DNA of 64,000 bases from the human T2T-CHM13v2.0 reference genome, Homo sapiens. The notes beneath the pieces are model-generated. The model saw only the letters and a list, made by a program, of their open reading frames with translations. It was not told the origin of the DNA and searched no databases. Below, in pieces: positions 40,868-61,299 of this stretch (its first letter is position 1; every line of letters starts with the position of its first letter). Location of the stretch: the NCBI RefSeq assembly GCF_009914755.1, contig NC_060934.1. One strand, written 5' to 3'. The position numbers were made by a program, and so were the translations under genes.

Positions 40868-42410
40868 TAGCCAGGCTGGCCTCGAACTCCAGACCTCAAG
40901 TGATCCTCCTTGGCCTCCCAAAGTGCTAGGATTACAGGCAGGCAAGATCTGGTCATTTTAAAAAAAGATTTTAGCCCCGGTGCAGTGGCTCAAGCCTGTA
41001 ATCCCAGCACTCTTGGTAGAGACGGGATTTCTCCCTGTTGCCCAGGCTGGTCTCGAACTCCTGAGTTCAAGTGATTGAGCCGCCTGTGCCTCCCAAAGTG
41101 CTAGAATTACAGGCATGAGCCACTGCGCCCAGCCAAATTTGTCATTTAATTTTACCTTCTTTAGGAATATGCAGGATGGGAAATTTTTTTGGGAGGGGGG
41201 ATGAGAAATATTTATTAAAGTTGGTATGATCTTTTGAAACTGCATATCAGCTGGATGTTGTGGCACAACCAGATATTTCCATATGCTTTAGTTTCTCAGG
41301 CAAAAATTATGTCAAAGCTGCTTCTAGTCTCTCATTTTCATAAATACCTTTACTATGTACCAAAGAAGGGAGCCCTATTTTCCCACAAGTCCTTCTGGGA
41401 TGGTAACTTACCAGAATGATGTATAGCTTTCCCTTGAGGCATATTGGAGTTATAAGGGATAGGAATGAAGGAATTGTAGAGTATGTTGGTAAATAGTTGG
41501 ACTGATGATAAAGGGAATTATCTTAACTGTGCTGTCCCCCTCCCCAGGGGTGACTAACAGTCCAGAGACCTGCATACAGTCTAATTTTACTATCCAAGTG
41601 TCTAATCTGGTAGGTGCTGAGGAAATGGTAGTCCATCCAGTATCCGTATTACTACAAATCACACAGATTATCATCTTAGTTCCAGGGAAGTTTATCCGCT
41701 TGAATTACACCTCAGCCAGTGGCAGAGCCATGAAGACACAGTCCAGCCCCCTAAAGTAGAGAGGATTTTGCACTGTTGAGGCTCTAACCACAGAGGAGGC
41801 AGGATTCAAGCCTGGGTCCCAAATTCAGCAGACAACTTGGCAAGAGGCCAGGAACTAGCCGGGCGCTGTGGTTTACGCCTGTAATCCCAGCACTGTGGGA
41901 GGCCGAGGTGGGTGGATCACGAGGTCAGGAGTTCAAGATCAGCCTGGCCAAACAAGTGAAACCCCATCTCTACTAAAAATACAAAAATTAGCCTGGCATG
42001 GTGATGGGCACCTGTAATCCCAGCTACTTGGGAGAGGTAGAGAATTGGTTGAACCCGGGAGGCAGAGGTTGCAGTGAGCCAAGATCACACCACTGCACTC
42101 CAGCCTGGCGACAGAGTGAGACTCCATCTCACAAAAAAAAAAAAAAAGCCAAGAACCAAAGTAGAGGCTCATCCATACAGATTTTGAGTGAGGACTAGAG
42201 CTTGGTGATGGTGGCATTTCGGATCACACTATATTAAGTACAGTGAAACTAATTGTAAATCCATTGGTGTGGTAAACATTGTTAGGCACAGTTTTGGATT
42301 AGCTCAGAGCTTTTATTAATAAAATCTAAGTATTTTAATATATTCAATTAATGTTCGCTAGTGTGAGCCAACTTAATTTCAACTTGAGTGAAATCAAATT
42401 CAGAGTAAAT

Positions 42411-42636
42411 CTGGATTTGGAATAAAATAAGAATCTTACTATTCTAGAGATAAACCTTCTGCTCCACAGTTAATTTATTGTTTTCAGACTTGGTCACATT
42501 TAGCTCTTGGTTGCCTAGGGCCTCCACTAGTCTGCAGATAAAGATCAACTCAGGAAACTGAGGCCCAGAGGTAAAACTTACGATCCATGAATTTCTTGCT
42601 TTCCTGGGCATTCGACATTGATCCAGCAGTACTCTT
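42411..42636 (+). repeat. Copy 1 of a diverged direct duplication (partner 45653-45868)
   Basis: Collinear matching blocks seen by eye; see findings. Confidence 0.85.
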
Positions 42637-43160
42637 GCTTATAAGTGAGCTCAAGACCAGTAAACAAAACTAATACTTTTAAAGAGTTCGTGGCTGGGCA
42701 ACAGTGGCTCACGCCTGCAATCCCAACACTTTGGGAGGCTGAGGTGGGAGGATCACTTGAGGTTAGGTGTTTGAGACCAGTCTGGTCAACATGGTGAAAC
42801 CCCGTCCCTACTAAAAATACAAAAATAAGCCAGGCATGCTGGTGTGCACCTGTAGTCCCAGTTATTTGGGAGGCTGAGGCAGGAGAATCACTGGAACCAG
42901 GGAGGTGGAAGTTTCAGTGAGCCGAGATTGTGCCACTGCAACTCCAGCCTGGTTGACAGAGCGAGACCATGTCTCAAAAAAAAAAAAGAGGCCAGGCATG
43001 GTGGCTCACGCCTGTAGTCCCAGCACTTTGGGAGGCCAAGGCGGGCAGATCACGAGGTCAGGAGATCTAGACCATCCTGGCCAACATGATGAAACTGTCT
43101 CTACTAAAAAAATAAAAAAAATTAGCCAGGCGTGGTGGTGCACGCCTGTAATCCCAGCTA

Positions 43161-43352
<192 letters not shown>

Positions 43353-44097
43353 TCATGCAAAGTGCATGAATATATCAGGAAAGCTTCCTTCCAAGGCTAA
43401 AATCTTTTTGTGGTGTAACTAGTTTCTGGCCTAAATCTCATGGGATTTTTTTTCACTCATACTTCTAAGTGGCTATTTTGAAACAGTTATTTTTAGGTAT
43501 TTAAGCTTTAAAAATGTTTCCAAGCCTAGGTTTAGATATTCTAATTACCTTTTAAATATTTAGCTCTTGGCATTGTTTTACAATGTCGAGAGCAGATGCC
43601 TTTCCAATTCAGCAGTTTTAGAACCCATGTGTCCTAGACTCAACATCAAAGAATGCCATATTTTTCTCATCACTTTAATTTTTCTCCTTTATTGCACGAC
43701 TGCAGTTTCATTATTAACATGTGGTTAAGAGGGTACCTCTTGGTATGAACTTTGTTCTAGGTTCTCAAATTTGGGGGATTAATTTAAATGTCAGAATTAG
43801 ATTTTTTCAACACCCCCTTTTAAAAAAATTAATTAGCATGAATTTGTATTTTCATGGCCTTTGCCCTGAAAAGTTTTCTGAGCTCCAAAACCAAGTGCAA
43901 ATTTTGCCTTTCATTACATATATACATACATGTATTTAGTTCCAACAATAATTGATATTGCAGTGTTGCTCTAGCAGTTCAGGCAAATTAAACTTAATAT
44001 TAAGTTCAGGGAACAACTTTAAGCCATCAAATGCAGGTTATTAAAATACTGATCTAGGCCGGGTGCAGTAGCTTACACCTATAGTCCCAGCACATTA

Positions 44098-44337
<240 letters not shown>

Positions 44338-45081
44338 CTAAAAAAAGTAAATTTGTGTAATAAAATATAACAAAACTAAATAAGAGGAATTTGCATGCTC
44401 TGGTTCACGATCAGTTCTAAATTTTCAGATTGAAGAAAAACTAAAAACAAAATTATACTTGAGATTAGTTTGCTGCAACAGATTACCCTTTGCAAGGGTC
44501 ATGTAAGAGTTTGGAAAATTGATATAGCAGTTAGTAATCTAAGCTTCATGAAAATTGGTCATCTCATGTTATTTTCCCCATTCTAAAGATGAGAAAATGC
44601 AACTAAAGTAAAAAAGTTCACCTTCGTGTCCCCCAGATAAATGGTAAAGGGCTTAATATTTTTCATCATCTGGCTTCACTAAAACCTCAGATCCACTTCC
44701 TAATTAAACCTGCCCTCCCAGTCTTTTTATTAAAGTGTGTTTCCAAATGCAGCTCATTGGTTATCTCTAGCCTTTTTGTTTGCCTTCAGGCAGAGAAAGA
44801 GCAGAATCTACTGTTAACACGTAAAGAATTAATATTTCATGGCCATTCATTTTCTTTCTTAAATAGATGGACATATTGTAAGCCAGTCCTGGCCACACAA
44901 AGACCACTTGCTGTTTCTGGCTATAACATAAATATTTAATTAAAGGAAAAACTACTCTGAGCCATTCTTTTATAAGGCATAAACTATACTAGCTTTGGGC
45001 TACACTTTTGCAATTTCCCAAATCCATCTGTTACTTATCCCAGAGTTTTTGCCAGCTTGGAAAACTTAGGAGGCGTATTCA

Positions 45082-45485
<404 letters not shown>

Positions 45486-45646
45486 TTAGGCGTGGTGGCA
45501 TGCACCTGTAGTCCCAGAACTTGGGAGGCTGAGGCAGGAAGATCACTTGAGTCTAGGAGTTCAAGGCTATAGCACACCATGACTGCACCTGCAAATAGCC
45601 ACTGCACTCCAGCCTGGACAACATAATATGACCTAGTCTCTTAAAA
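45486..45646 (+). mobile_element. FAM (fossil Alu monomer)
   Basis: Monomer retaining the 7SL-derived CCTG..AATAGCCACTGCACTCC segment; degenerate TSD aagattctggatttg / aagaaatcagaatttg. Confidence 0.75.
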
Positions 45647-45652
45647 AGAAAT

Positions 45653-45868
45653 CAGAATTTGGAATAAAATGAGAAGTCTGATATTCCAAAGCTAAGCCTT
45701 CAGCTCCACAGTTTGTTTCTGTTACAAGGTTTGGTCATGTTTAGTAGCTGGGACCTCCAATAGTCTGCATAAAGATCACCTTGGGAAACGGAAGCCCAGA
45801 GGTAATAATCTATGATTCACAAACGTCTTGCTTTCCCAGGCTTTCAGTGTTGCTTCAGCAGTACTCTT
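45653..45868 (+). repeat. Copy 2 of the diverged direct duplication
   Basis: Collinear matching blocks with 42411-42636. Confidence 0.85.
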
Positions 45869-46096
45869 ATTTTAAATTATTAAGGATTTGTTGTAAATAA
45901 ATTATTACTTAAAGATTTTTCTTTAGGCCGGGTGCGGTGGCTCACGCCTGTAATCCCAGCACTTTGGGAGGCCGAGGCAGGTGGATCACGAGGTCAGGAG
46001 ATCGAGACCATCCTGGCTAACATGGTGAAACCCTGTCTCTACTAAAAATACAAAAAATTAGCCGGGCATGGTGGCACGCACCTGTAGTCCCAGCTA

Positions 46097-46232
<136 letters not shown>

Positions 46233-47096
46233 TTAATAGCAAACCAGCTCTTGTTTCCTGGGAGCCAATATTTATGTGCTTGGATAGCAAAGGTTTTAAA
46301 GTCTTTACTTCATTAGATTCAGTTGCCCAAGATTATGAAGTCACATATATACTTCTGTTTTGATTATAGAGAGAGATGGCAGTTACTTTGTTAATATACC
46401 TATATCCAAAATGACACCTGGAAAAAGTAAGAGGTTGAAGTGTCACAGCATAAGAATAAGAGGGGCTGGGTGCGGTGGCTCATGCCTGTAATCCCAGCAC
46501 TTTGGGAGGCTGAGGCAGGCGGATTGCTGGAGCCCAGGAGTTCGAGAGTAGCCTGGGCAACATGGCAGAAACCCATCTCTATAATATAAAGTAAGAATAA
46601 GAGGTTTCCCATGTGGGGCCTGGTGTGGTGGCTTATGCCTGTAATCCCAGCACTTTGGGAGGCTGAGGCGGGTGGATCACTTCGGGTCAGGAGTTTGAGA
46701 CCAGCCTGGCCAATATGGTGAAACCCCATCTCTACTAAAAAAAAAAAAAAAAAAAAATTGCCAGGAGTGGTGGCATGTGTCTGTAATCCCAGCTACTCAG
46801 GAAGCTGAGGCAGGAGAATCGTTTGAACCCAGGAGGTGGAGGTTGCAGTGAGCCAACATTGCACTACTGGACTATGGCCTGGGCAACAGAGTGATACTCT
46901 GTCTCAAAAAAAAAAAAAAAAAGGCCTGTCACAGTGGCTCACGCCTGTAATCCCAGCACTTTGGGAGGCCGAGGTGGGCGGATCACAAGGTCAGGAGATG
47001 GAGACCATCCTGGCCAACATGGTGAAACCCCGTCTCTACTAAGACTACAAAAATTAGCCGGGTGTGGTAGCACGCGTCTGTAGTCCCAGCTACTCA

Positions 47097-47261
<165 letters not shown>

Positions 47262-47999
47262 TCAATGTAGATTAATTGATTGATCTGGCTTGCTAAAACA
47301 GATTTCATTCCAATAAAAAATTTAAGAAGAATCCAATTTCTCACTTCATTCTATGCTTAAAATAATAAAATAAAGTTGATTCAGGCCAGCTGTGATTTAA
47401 TGGTGCTTATATTGATGGTAAAACTCTTCATTAAATGTCTTAAAATAGCAGAGTTGAAAGCCTAATAAGCTGCGGAGTTAGAGCCACTCCTGTCTTGTAC
47501 TGTTCTTAGCCCTAGTCTTGTCCAGCTTAAAATGTCTTCCATACGTAAAGGGACTTTTTAATATTAACTTTTTAATGTAAATTGCTTTGAGCCAATGTAT
47601 ATTATCCCTACTTAATACATATAATTCCATAGATAAGCATATTCTTTCAGGTTAAGGCAAAGATTCTCATACCTTTGCTAACTACCTTCAAAACAATGCA
47701 GTCTCTCAAATGAAAATGGTGATATACCCAAATATTAATTGAGAGCATGACAGATGAAAGATAGAACTTTAATAAGTTTGGGATAAGAAAAAATTATTAT
47801 GACATAACTTTGGAATTTTCTGTCAATAAGATATAATTACAAGATGGATATAAAAAGTTTTGAACTTATAAAACATGTTTCATAGTATAATGTATCATCT
47901 TTATTTAGTATTATTTTATCCCTGTCTTAAACCAACCCTCACCCTAAATTATGCTTCACTCAATCATCTTTGGATGTTGTATGATATGGCTTTTCCTCA

Positions 48000-48080
48000 T
48001 CTGCCCACTTCATAGGTGAGAACACTGAGGCAATGAACCAGAACAGTGGTGACTTACCTCAGGTCACACATACACTTAGA
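48000..48080 (-). mobile_element. MIR core fragment
   Basis: cccacttcataggtgagaacactgaggca...gtgacttacctcaggtcacaca. Confidence 0.65.
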
Positions 48081-48294
48081 AGAATGTTTCCTGGCTGAAC
48101 CATGTAATACCAACTGAAGACCCTCCCCCGCCTCATAAACAATCTAAAATTTTAGATTGCTCTTCTTAGTTATCATGATAGGTGTCAAATAAAGACAAAA
48201 TATTTTTGATCCTTTTCATAATGAAGTGGAATTCAGAGAATTTTACTAAAAATTATTCTTTGATAGGCTGTCCTATTTTTGGAAAAATAGTTTA

Positions 48295-48792
<498 letters not shown>

Positions 48793-49431
48793 TTAAAAAA
48801 AAAAAAAAGAAAAAAGATGGCCGGGCGTGGTGGTTTACGCCTGTAATCCCAGCACTTTGGGAGGCCGAGGCGAGTGGATCACGAGGTCAGGAGTTTGAGA
48901 CCAGCCTGACCAACATGGTGAAACCCCGTCTCTACTAAAAATACAAAAATTAGCTGGGTGTGGTGGTGCACACCTGTAATCCCAGCTACTCAGGAGTCTG
49001 AGGCAGGAGAACTGCTTGAACTCAGGAGGCAGAGATTGCGGTGAGCCGAGATTGCGCCACGGCACTCCAGCCTGGGCGACAGAGCAAGACGCTGTCTCAA
49101 AAGAGAAAAAAAAGAAAGAAACTGATTTGTTGCCACTTCTGCAATAACTTCATCACTCCTTTCTTGCTCACACTGTATTTCTAGTGCCTTAACATGGTTA
49201 CTATCAGAAACTTATTTTTGAGCATCTACACTGCTGTTTCACAACCAATTGAGGTTTTTTTTTTTTTTGCATTTTTTTGAGACGGAGTCTTGCTGTGTCA
49301 CCTAGGCTGGAGTTCAGTGGTGTGATCTTGGCTCACTACAACCACCACTTCCTGGGTTCAAGTGATTCTTGTGCCTGAGCTTCCTGAGTAGCTGCAACTG
49401 ACTACAGGTGGGCGCCACCATGCCCAGCTAA

Positions 49432-49617
<186 letters not shown>

Positions 49618-50203
49618 TAAGAGGGCAGACATCTTCATTCTGGGCCTGGCAAGGGAATGTGCTAGACATTTGCGTTGGGAAATGGTATATCAATGTAAAA
49701 AATGTGAAATAGGGGCCAGAAGATCTCTTGAGGCCAGGAATGTGAGACCAGCCTGGGCACCATCGTGAGACCCCATCTCTACAATAATTTAAAAATTAGC
49801 TGGGCATGGTGGTGTGTGCCAGTAGTCTCAGATACTTGGGAGGCTGGGGTGGGAGAAACATTTGAACCTGGAGGTCAAGGCTGGAGTGAGCTGTGATCAT
49901 GCCACTGCACTCCAGCCTGGGAGACAGAGCAAGACCCTGTATCAAAAAGAGAAAAATTGTGAAATAAAGTTCTTTTTGCTCACTATTCTCCATCCAAACC
50001 CACTAAAAATAAAAAAAATAACAAAATAGAGGGAAAACTCCCACCTCCATCAAAAGGGTAGCCACAGCTACTATGAAGTGAAGGTGCAGGCTGAGTTGAC
50101 ACCTCGCTTCTCATACCTTGAAACAATATGCATCTTTTCCACAAGTGCCAGAGTCTTTTTTTTTTTTTTGAGACAGAGTCTCTCTCTGTTGCCCAAACTG
50201 TAG

Positions 50204-50356
<153 letters not shown>

Positions 50357-51529
50357 TAGCCAGGATGGTCTCGATCTCCTGACCTCGTGATCCGCCCGCC
50401 TCAGCCTCCCAAAGTGCTGGGATTACAGGCGTAAGCCACCGCGCCTGGCATGCCAGAGTCTTAAAACGAATATTCTTGGATTCTTGATTAGAGCAGTCTG
50501 ATAAAACAGCAAGGTCAGGCCACAGGAGAAGCAAATAATATTCTTACAGAGACTCAGTTTCTGTCCGAGAGGTGGAGCTGGGGATAAACCAAACCATCCC
50601 CACTATTTGTATGATCTCTGACCTAGCTTCTTAGTTAAGGTGGAGCTTTAGAGGTGGAATGGGGTGAAGGAGATAGTATTATAGCAATAGATAGAAACCC
50701 TGTGACCTAAAGGGCTTTGTCTCAATTTTCTTGAATCCTGAGAGGTGAAGAGAGATGTATCCATAGAGCAAAAGAAATAATAGATTTTGGCCAGGCGCAG
50801 TGGCTCATGCCTGTAATCCCAGCACTTTGGGAGACCAAGGCAGGTGGATCACGAGGTCAGGAGTTCAAGACCAGCCTGGCCAAGATAGTGAAACCCCGTT
50901 TCTAGTAAAAACACAAAAATTAGCCAGGCATGGTGGCGTGTGCCTGTAATCCCAGCTACTCGGGAGGCTGAGGCAGGAGATGAACCCAGGAGATGGAGGT
51001 TGCAGTGATGCCAAGATCATGCCACTGTGCTCCAGCCTGGGTGACAGAGCAAGACTCTGTCTGAGGAAAAAAAAATAAGAGCACACTAGATAAATTCTAA
51101 AGATGAAATGTACTTCCCTCTAGGTTTTTTGTAATCCTTTGACTCAGTCTAGGTAGTTGTTTTTTTTTTGTTTTTTGTTCCTTTGAGGAGGAATTAGTTG
51201 AGGATAGAGAGTTCCTTTTTTTAAAATTATTTATGAGACAGGGGTCTCGCTATGTTACCAAGACTGATCTCAGACTCCTGGGTACAGGGCATCCTCCCAC
51301 CTCAGCCTCCAGAGTAGTTGGGACTACAGACATGACACACCACACCTGGCTATAGCTATGGACATTTCTGTGACAGGGTGAGGTTGCCAGTCAGTCCCCA
51401 AGAATAGCCAATCTCTGCCCACCTAGAAGCCCAGGCACCTCAGTAAGTCCTCTCAGGCCAGCTCCTCAGCTCCTCAGCGCTTCCTAAGCGCTTGGTGCTC
51501 AGCAATGTGAGGACAGTTTTGTTGTCATT

Positions 51530-52848
<1,319 letters not shown>

Positions 52849-53274
52849 CCATTGAGTTTTTTAATGTCTTCTTTTTTTTAATTCAAATATTTTAATTTGG
52901 TTCTTTTTTGTATCTTCCATTGCTCAGGGTTTTTTGTTTGTTTGTTTTTGTTTTTGTTTAGACAGAGTTTCATTCTATTGCCCAGGCTGGAGTGCAGTGG
53001 GGCGATCTCCGCTCAACCTTCACCTCCCAGGTTCAAGTAATTCACCTGCCTCAGCCTTCCAAGTAGCTGGGACTACAGGTGCATGCCACCACACCTAGCT
53101 AGTTTTTTTTTTCATTTTTGGTAGAGAGAGGGGTTTCACCAAGTTGGCCAGGCTAGTCTCGAACTCCTGGCCTCAAGTGATCCACCCATTTCGGCCTCCC
53201 AAAGTGCTGGGATTAACAGGCGCCAGCCACCATGCCCGACCAAGGTTTTTTATTTCTTTGCTGAGACTTTTTTT

Positions 53275-53915
<641 letters not shown>

Positions 53916-54358
53916 TTTTTTGTTCCCTGGGATTGAGTGCCACTCTGTCACCCAGGCTGGAGTGCAGTGGTGCGATTCTCATGCCTCAGCCTCCCGAGTA
54001 GCTGGGATTACAGGTGCCTGTTGCCACACCCAGCTAATTTTTGGTATTTTTAGTGGAGATGGGGTTTCATCATGTTGGCCAGGCTGGTCTCGATCTCCTG
54101 ACCTCATGATTCGCCCACCTCAGCCTCCCAAACTGCTGGGATTACAGGCGTGAGCCACCACGCCCGGCCTCAAGTGTGTTTTCGTTGTTGTAGTTTAGAG
54201 ACGGGGTCTCTCTGTGTTGCCCAGGCTGGTCTTGAACTCCAGGATTCAAGTGATCTCACTGCCTCAGCCTTCCCAGTAGCTGGGACTATAGGCAACTTGC
54301 CTGGCACAATCATGTTCTTAATTGCTCACTGAAGTATTTTTACGATGGCTGCTATAAG

Positions 54359-55012
54359 TGTTACTGGAATGGGGTCCTGATCCAGACCCCAAGAGAGGAA
54401 ATAATTCGAGGCCAACCCATAGAGTGCAGTGAAAGCAAATTTATTAGGAAAGTAAAGGGAAAAGCAATGGCTACTCTACAGGCGGAGCAGTAACACGGCT
54501 GCTGGACTAAGGATACTTACAGTTATTTCTCAATTATGTGCTAAACAAGGGGTGGGTTATTCATGAATTTTCTGGGAAAGAGGTGGCAATTCCCAGAACT
54601 GAGGGCTCCTCCCTCTTTTATTTATTTATTTAATTAAAAAAATTTTTTTCCTCCACCTTTCAGACCATATAGGGTAACTTCCTGACGTTGCCATGGCATC
54701 TGTAAACTGTCATGGTGCTGGTGGGAGTGTCTTTCAGCATGCTAATGCATTATAATTAGCATATAATGAGGAGTGAGGATGACCAGAGGTCACTCTCATG
54801 GCCATCTTGGTTTTGGTAGGTTTTGGCCAGCTTCTTTACCCCAACCTGTTTTATCAGCAAGGTCTTCGTGACCTGTATCTTGCGCTGATCTCCTATCTCA
54901 TCCTGTGACTTAGAATGCCCAGCCTCCTGGGAATGCTGCCCAGAAGATCTCAGTCTTATTTTACTCAGCCCCTATTCAAGATAGAGTTCCTCTGGTTCAG
55001 ACGCCTCTCACA
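54359..55012 (-). mobile_element. MER41B-like solo LTR (ERV1), near complete
   Basis: TG...CA ends with 4-bp TSD TAAG (54355-58 and 55013-16); reverse complement follows the MER41 consensus (TGT.AGAGGCGT.TGAACCAGAG...GGGGTCTGGATC...CAGTAACA). Confidence 0.92.
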
Positions 55013-56242
55013 TAAGTCCTTGTCAGATCATTCTAACATCTGTGTCATGCCTGCGTTTGTATCTGTCCTTTTTTCTTTCTTTCTTTTCTTTTTTTTTTCA
55101 AGACAGAGTCTTGTTCTATTGCCCAGGCTGGAGGCAGTGGCATGACCTCAGCTCACTGCCATCTCTACCTCCTGGGTTCAAGTGCTTCTCATGCCTCAGC
55201 CTCCCAAGTACCTGGGATTATAGGCACATGCTACCATGCTAATTTTTCCATTTTTTGGTAGTGACGGGGATTCGTCATGTTGGCCAGGCTGGTCTTGAAT
55301 TCCTGGCCTCAAGTGATCCACTCGCCTCGGCCTCCCAAAGTGCTGGGATTATAGGCATGGGCCACTTCGCACAGCCAGAGTCTGTTCTTGTTCACTTCGA
55401 GATCTTCCTGGTTTTTGGTATGACAAGTGGTCTGTAATTGAAACCTGGACATTTTGATATTGTAAAACTCTGGGTTTTATTTAAATCTGGTATTTTAGCC
55501 AATACCACTCAAACCTCTGACACCACTCTAGTGGGAGAAAACGGTTGCCACCTTTTTACTGCCAGATCAGGGTGGAAGTCCAGGTTTTCCACTCAGGCAC
55601 CCTTGACAGTGAAAGGAGAGACAAGTGGGAGGTTGTTGGTGCCTCTGGGTGGGGAGAGAAGTTCAGGCTGTCCACTAGGCCTCTGCTGGTACCACCTTGG
55701 CTAGGAAGTAGAAGGGCTCCTTGTTACTGCTTTCCACGTGGCCTCCACTGACACTGCAGAGGGTGGCCTTGTTATTGCAGAGCTGTGGTCAAAGTCCTCA
55801 CTCCACTAGGCTGCCTCTGACACTACCTCAGTGGGGACGGGAAGGGGTTCTCCCCATGCGGAGCTTGAATTTCTATCCCTAGCTGGTACCAGTAGAAGTC
55901 CGAGCTCCCCATGTGGTCTCCTCTGACACTGTCTGGGATGGGGTGCTCCCCACTGTGCCTTCTCCATCACCACTGCACAAGTTGGGTGGGGCATGAGGAC
56001 AACTGGGGATACATCTTTACAACCTGGCAAGGGTGGCAGTCTAGGCTCTCCAACTGGCCTTTACTTGTGAGATGTGGGTGGAGCCAGTTTTTTTCTATGA
56101 GGTTTAGCTAGAGTAGAGTGGGTATCATGTATAAGTTTTCAGTCTTGAGGCCAGGTGCTGTGGCTCACGCCTGTAATCCTAGCACTTTGGGAGGCCGAGG
56201 TGGGTGGATCTTGAGGTCAGGAGATCGAGAACATCCTGGCTA

Positions 56243-56738
<496 letters not shown>

Positions 56739-57663
56739 TCAGTCTCAAAAAAAAAAAAAAAAAAAGTAATAGGTGGAATGTGAGAAGGGAGAAAGCAACA
56801 GTTTGTTTTTCAATTAATTTCAGGGTGAGAGGAAAGAGAGCCAAGGCATGCTTTCTCCCCTCCCATAAGAAAGCAGAAAAAAGAGAAAGTTGGGGCTAGA
56901 GGGCAGGGTCTTCACTGGAAACAGAGTTCCTTTGAGATCTGGGCACCTGGAGTGCAGCCAGCTCATTTTTGATGGGATTTGCATGTAAATAGTGGGATAT
57001 GAGGCCCAGCTTTACACCCTCTGTTATAATAAAACCAAAGAGAAGTGGTTTCTCCTTTATAATCCTGAAACTAGGTTTGGCATCTTGCCTTAGGCTTTCA
57101 TACTTTCTTCTTTTTTTTTTTTTGGTAGCCGGAAGGGTTAGTCTGATTTTCCATGTTTCAAATTATAAGAATTTTGCTAACTTGCTCCTGTGCCAGGGGG
57201 CTTGGTTGCAAGCTTTCTTGACAGACTGGGGCTCTAGCATTCTTTCAAGGAAGTAACATTTTTAGGCTTTGAGACCTGCCATTTGACCCCAAGTCTAATG
57301 GGGTGATAGAATGGTGGGGTCTCCTCATTTTGGTTAGAAAGCTTATTGGCTTTGATGGCCCCAAGTGCAGGAGAGCCAGCTGCCTTAACTTCCTTCAAAC
57401 CAAAAATTATTGAGGCCTTTCTTTGTTGTAGAATTTTTGGAAAGTATAGAAAAGCTCAAAGAAAGAAAGAAAGAAAGAAAATTGCTGTAATCTCACCACC
57501 CAGAATAATTTCTGTTAACATAATGATCATTATTCCAATCCTCAATCAATCCTCCTCAAACATTATGGGATGTTTTCAATGCTTCGTGGGTGTTTGTTCT
57601 TTTAAGAAAGTGGGGAAAGGCAGAGTACTGGGAAGTGTGAACTGGCTCCTCACCTCAGAATCA

Positions 57664-58192
<529 letters not shown>

Positions 58193-58328
58193 TCACCCCA
58201 AAAAAGGATTTCTAGTAGTCAACTTTTCACTGTTCCAACTAAGAATCTTTTTTTCTCCAATAAATATATATATATATTTTTGGCCTCTTGCCACTGACCA
58301 TTGCAAAGACAAAGCAAATGAATTATTT

Positions 58329-58359
<31 letters not shown>

Positions 58360-58446
58360 GAGACAGAGTCTTGCTCTGTCACCCAGGCTGGAGTGTAGTG
58401 GCATGACCTCAGCTCACTACATCCTCCACTTCCTGGGTTCAAGTGA

Positions 58447-58593
<147 letters not shown>

Positions 58594-58685
58594 TAGGCCT
58601 CCCAAAGTGCTGGGATTACAGTTGTGAGCCACTGCGCCGGGCCAAATGGAATAAATGTTTTAAAAAGGTATTAAATGTCCTTCCC

Positions 58686-59711
<1,026 letters not shown>

Positions 59712-61014
59712 TGAGCCACCCTGCCCAGCCTTTTCTCTTTTTCTTTAACATCCCCTGCCCTTCAACTCCTTTGAGTCAACACAGTTGTTTAGCAAAGCCT
59801 CACATTTCCTTCTGAGAACTAGAAAGAAGCGTCTCCAGGTTTGTTTGTTTGTTTGCTTCCTGGGCAAGGGGAAGAAAGGTGCTGTAGAAGAGGAAATGGT
59901 TCTAATAAAGATAATCCAGATAGGAAATGCTTTCTAAATCAGCCTTAAGTGTCAAGGCTTGTCGGAGTTAAGGGAAGGGAACTTCAGCTTATGAATTTTG
60001 GTATGAAAAAAATCTGAGGTTGTGAATCCAAACATCATCCTGAGTACATATGTGCTATAAACAGACTCCAGAGAAACTACGGACATCCAAATGTCTGGGT
60101 ATGTGAGGAGACCTGTTCCTTGAGGCTCTATCCTGGACATTGACTATTGGATAACCGAGTGATTCACCCTCTAAACCAGAAATGCTCCTGTGTATGGTAA
60201 ACCAGGCTAGTGAGAAAGCAGCAAAAACAGTATTATTTTGTAACAAGTACTAATTAAATTTGATTTGATTCAGGTTGAAGAAATCCTTGTGCCTGACACT
60301 AGGCTCGGTGCCAGGGCCCTCAAGGAATCTCAGGTTGCCTGATGAGACAGGTAACTACATATTATAGCTCTTATCAGACAATCTAACAGGGCTAAAAGTT
60401 AAAAGGGTTAACAACATCTTGGAGAGCAGATGAAATTTTTCTGTATGTGTCACAGATTTTATGAGCTGGGTTTTGTAGGATAATACCTGGTGGAAAGGGG
60501 CAAAGGCCTTCTAGGCAGAAGAAATAATGTGAGCAAAGATGGTGGGAGCATGTGCTCTTGGAAGGTTTGTACTGTGTGGCGGGAGCATGAGGTCCTCGGT
60601 GTGGACTAGGAGAGCACTGATGGAAGTGGAAATGAAGCTAAAAGGGCAGGCTAGGGTCCAGAGTGTGAAAAACACTGATTGCCTTACTTAGGAGAGGTAT
60701 AAGGCATACATGAATATCAACAGGTCAAACTTATCTTCTGTAGAGGTTATAATAAAGCAGGTATGAATTTGTTTCCCTTCAGGTTGAGTTTTCTTTTTCT
60801 TTACTTTCTTTTTTTTTTTGAGACAGGGTCTCACTGTGTGGCCCAGGCTGGAGTGCAGTGGTGAGATCACAGTTCACTGCTGCCTCGACCTCCCAGGTTC
60901 AAGAGATCCTCCCACCTCAGCCTCCGAGTAGCTGGGACTACAGACACACACCAGCATGCCTGGCTAATTTTTAAAAATAGTTTTGTAGAGATGGGGGTCT
61001 ACTATGTTGTCTAG

Positions 61015-61299
<285 letters not shown>

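Noticed and set aside
41234-41850. Non-repeat island with overlapping ORFs (41450..41674 -, 41505..41759 +); possible pseudogene
   Set aside because: No recognisable homology, poly(A) tail or TSD; cannot be supported without a database search
43991-44006. Perfect 16-bp palindrome AACTTAATATTAAGTT
   Set aside because: About one is expected by chance in 64 kb, more in AT-rich DNA
56977-56990. Octamer ATTTGCAT overlapping ATGTAAAT
   Set aside because: Isolated motif; others occur in the window and there is no supporting context
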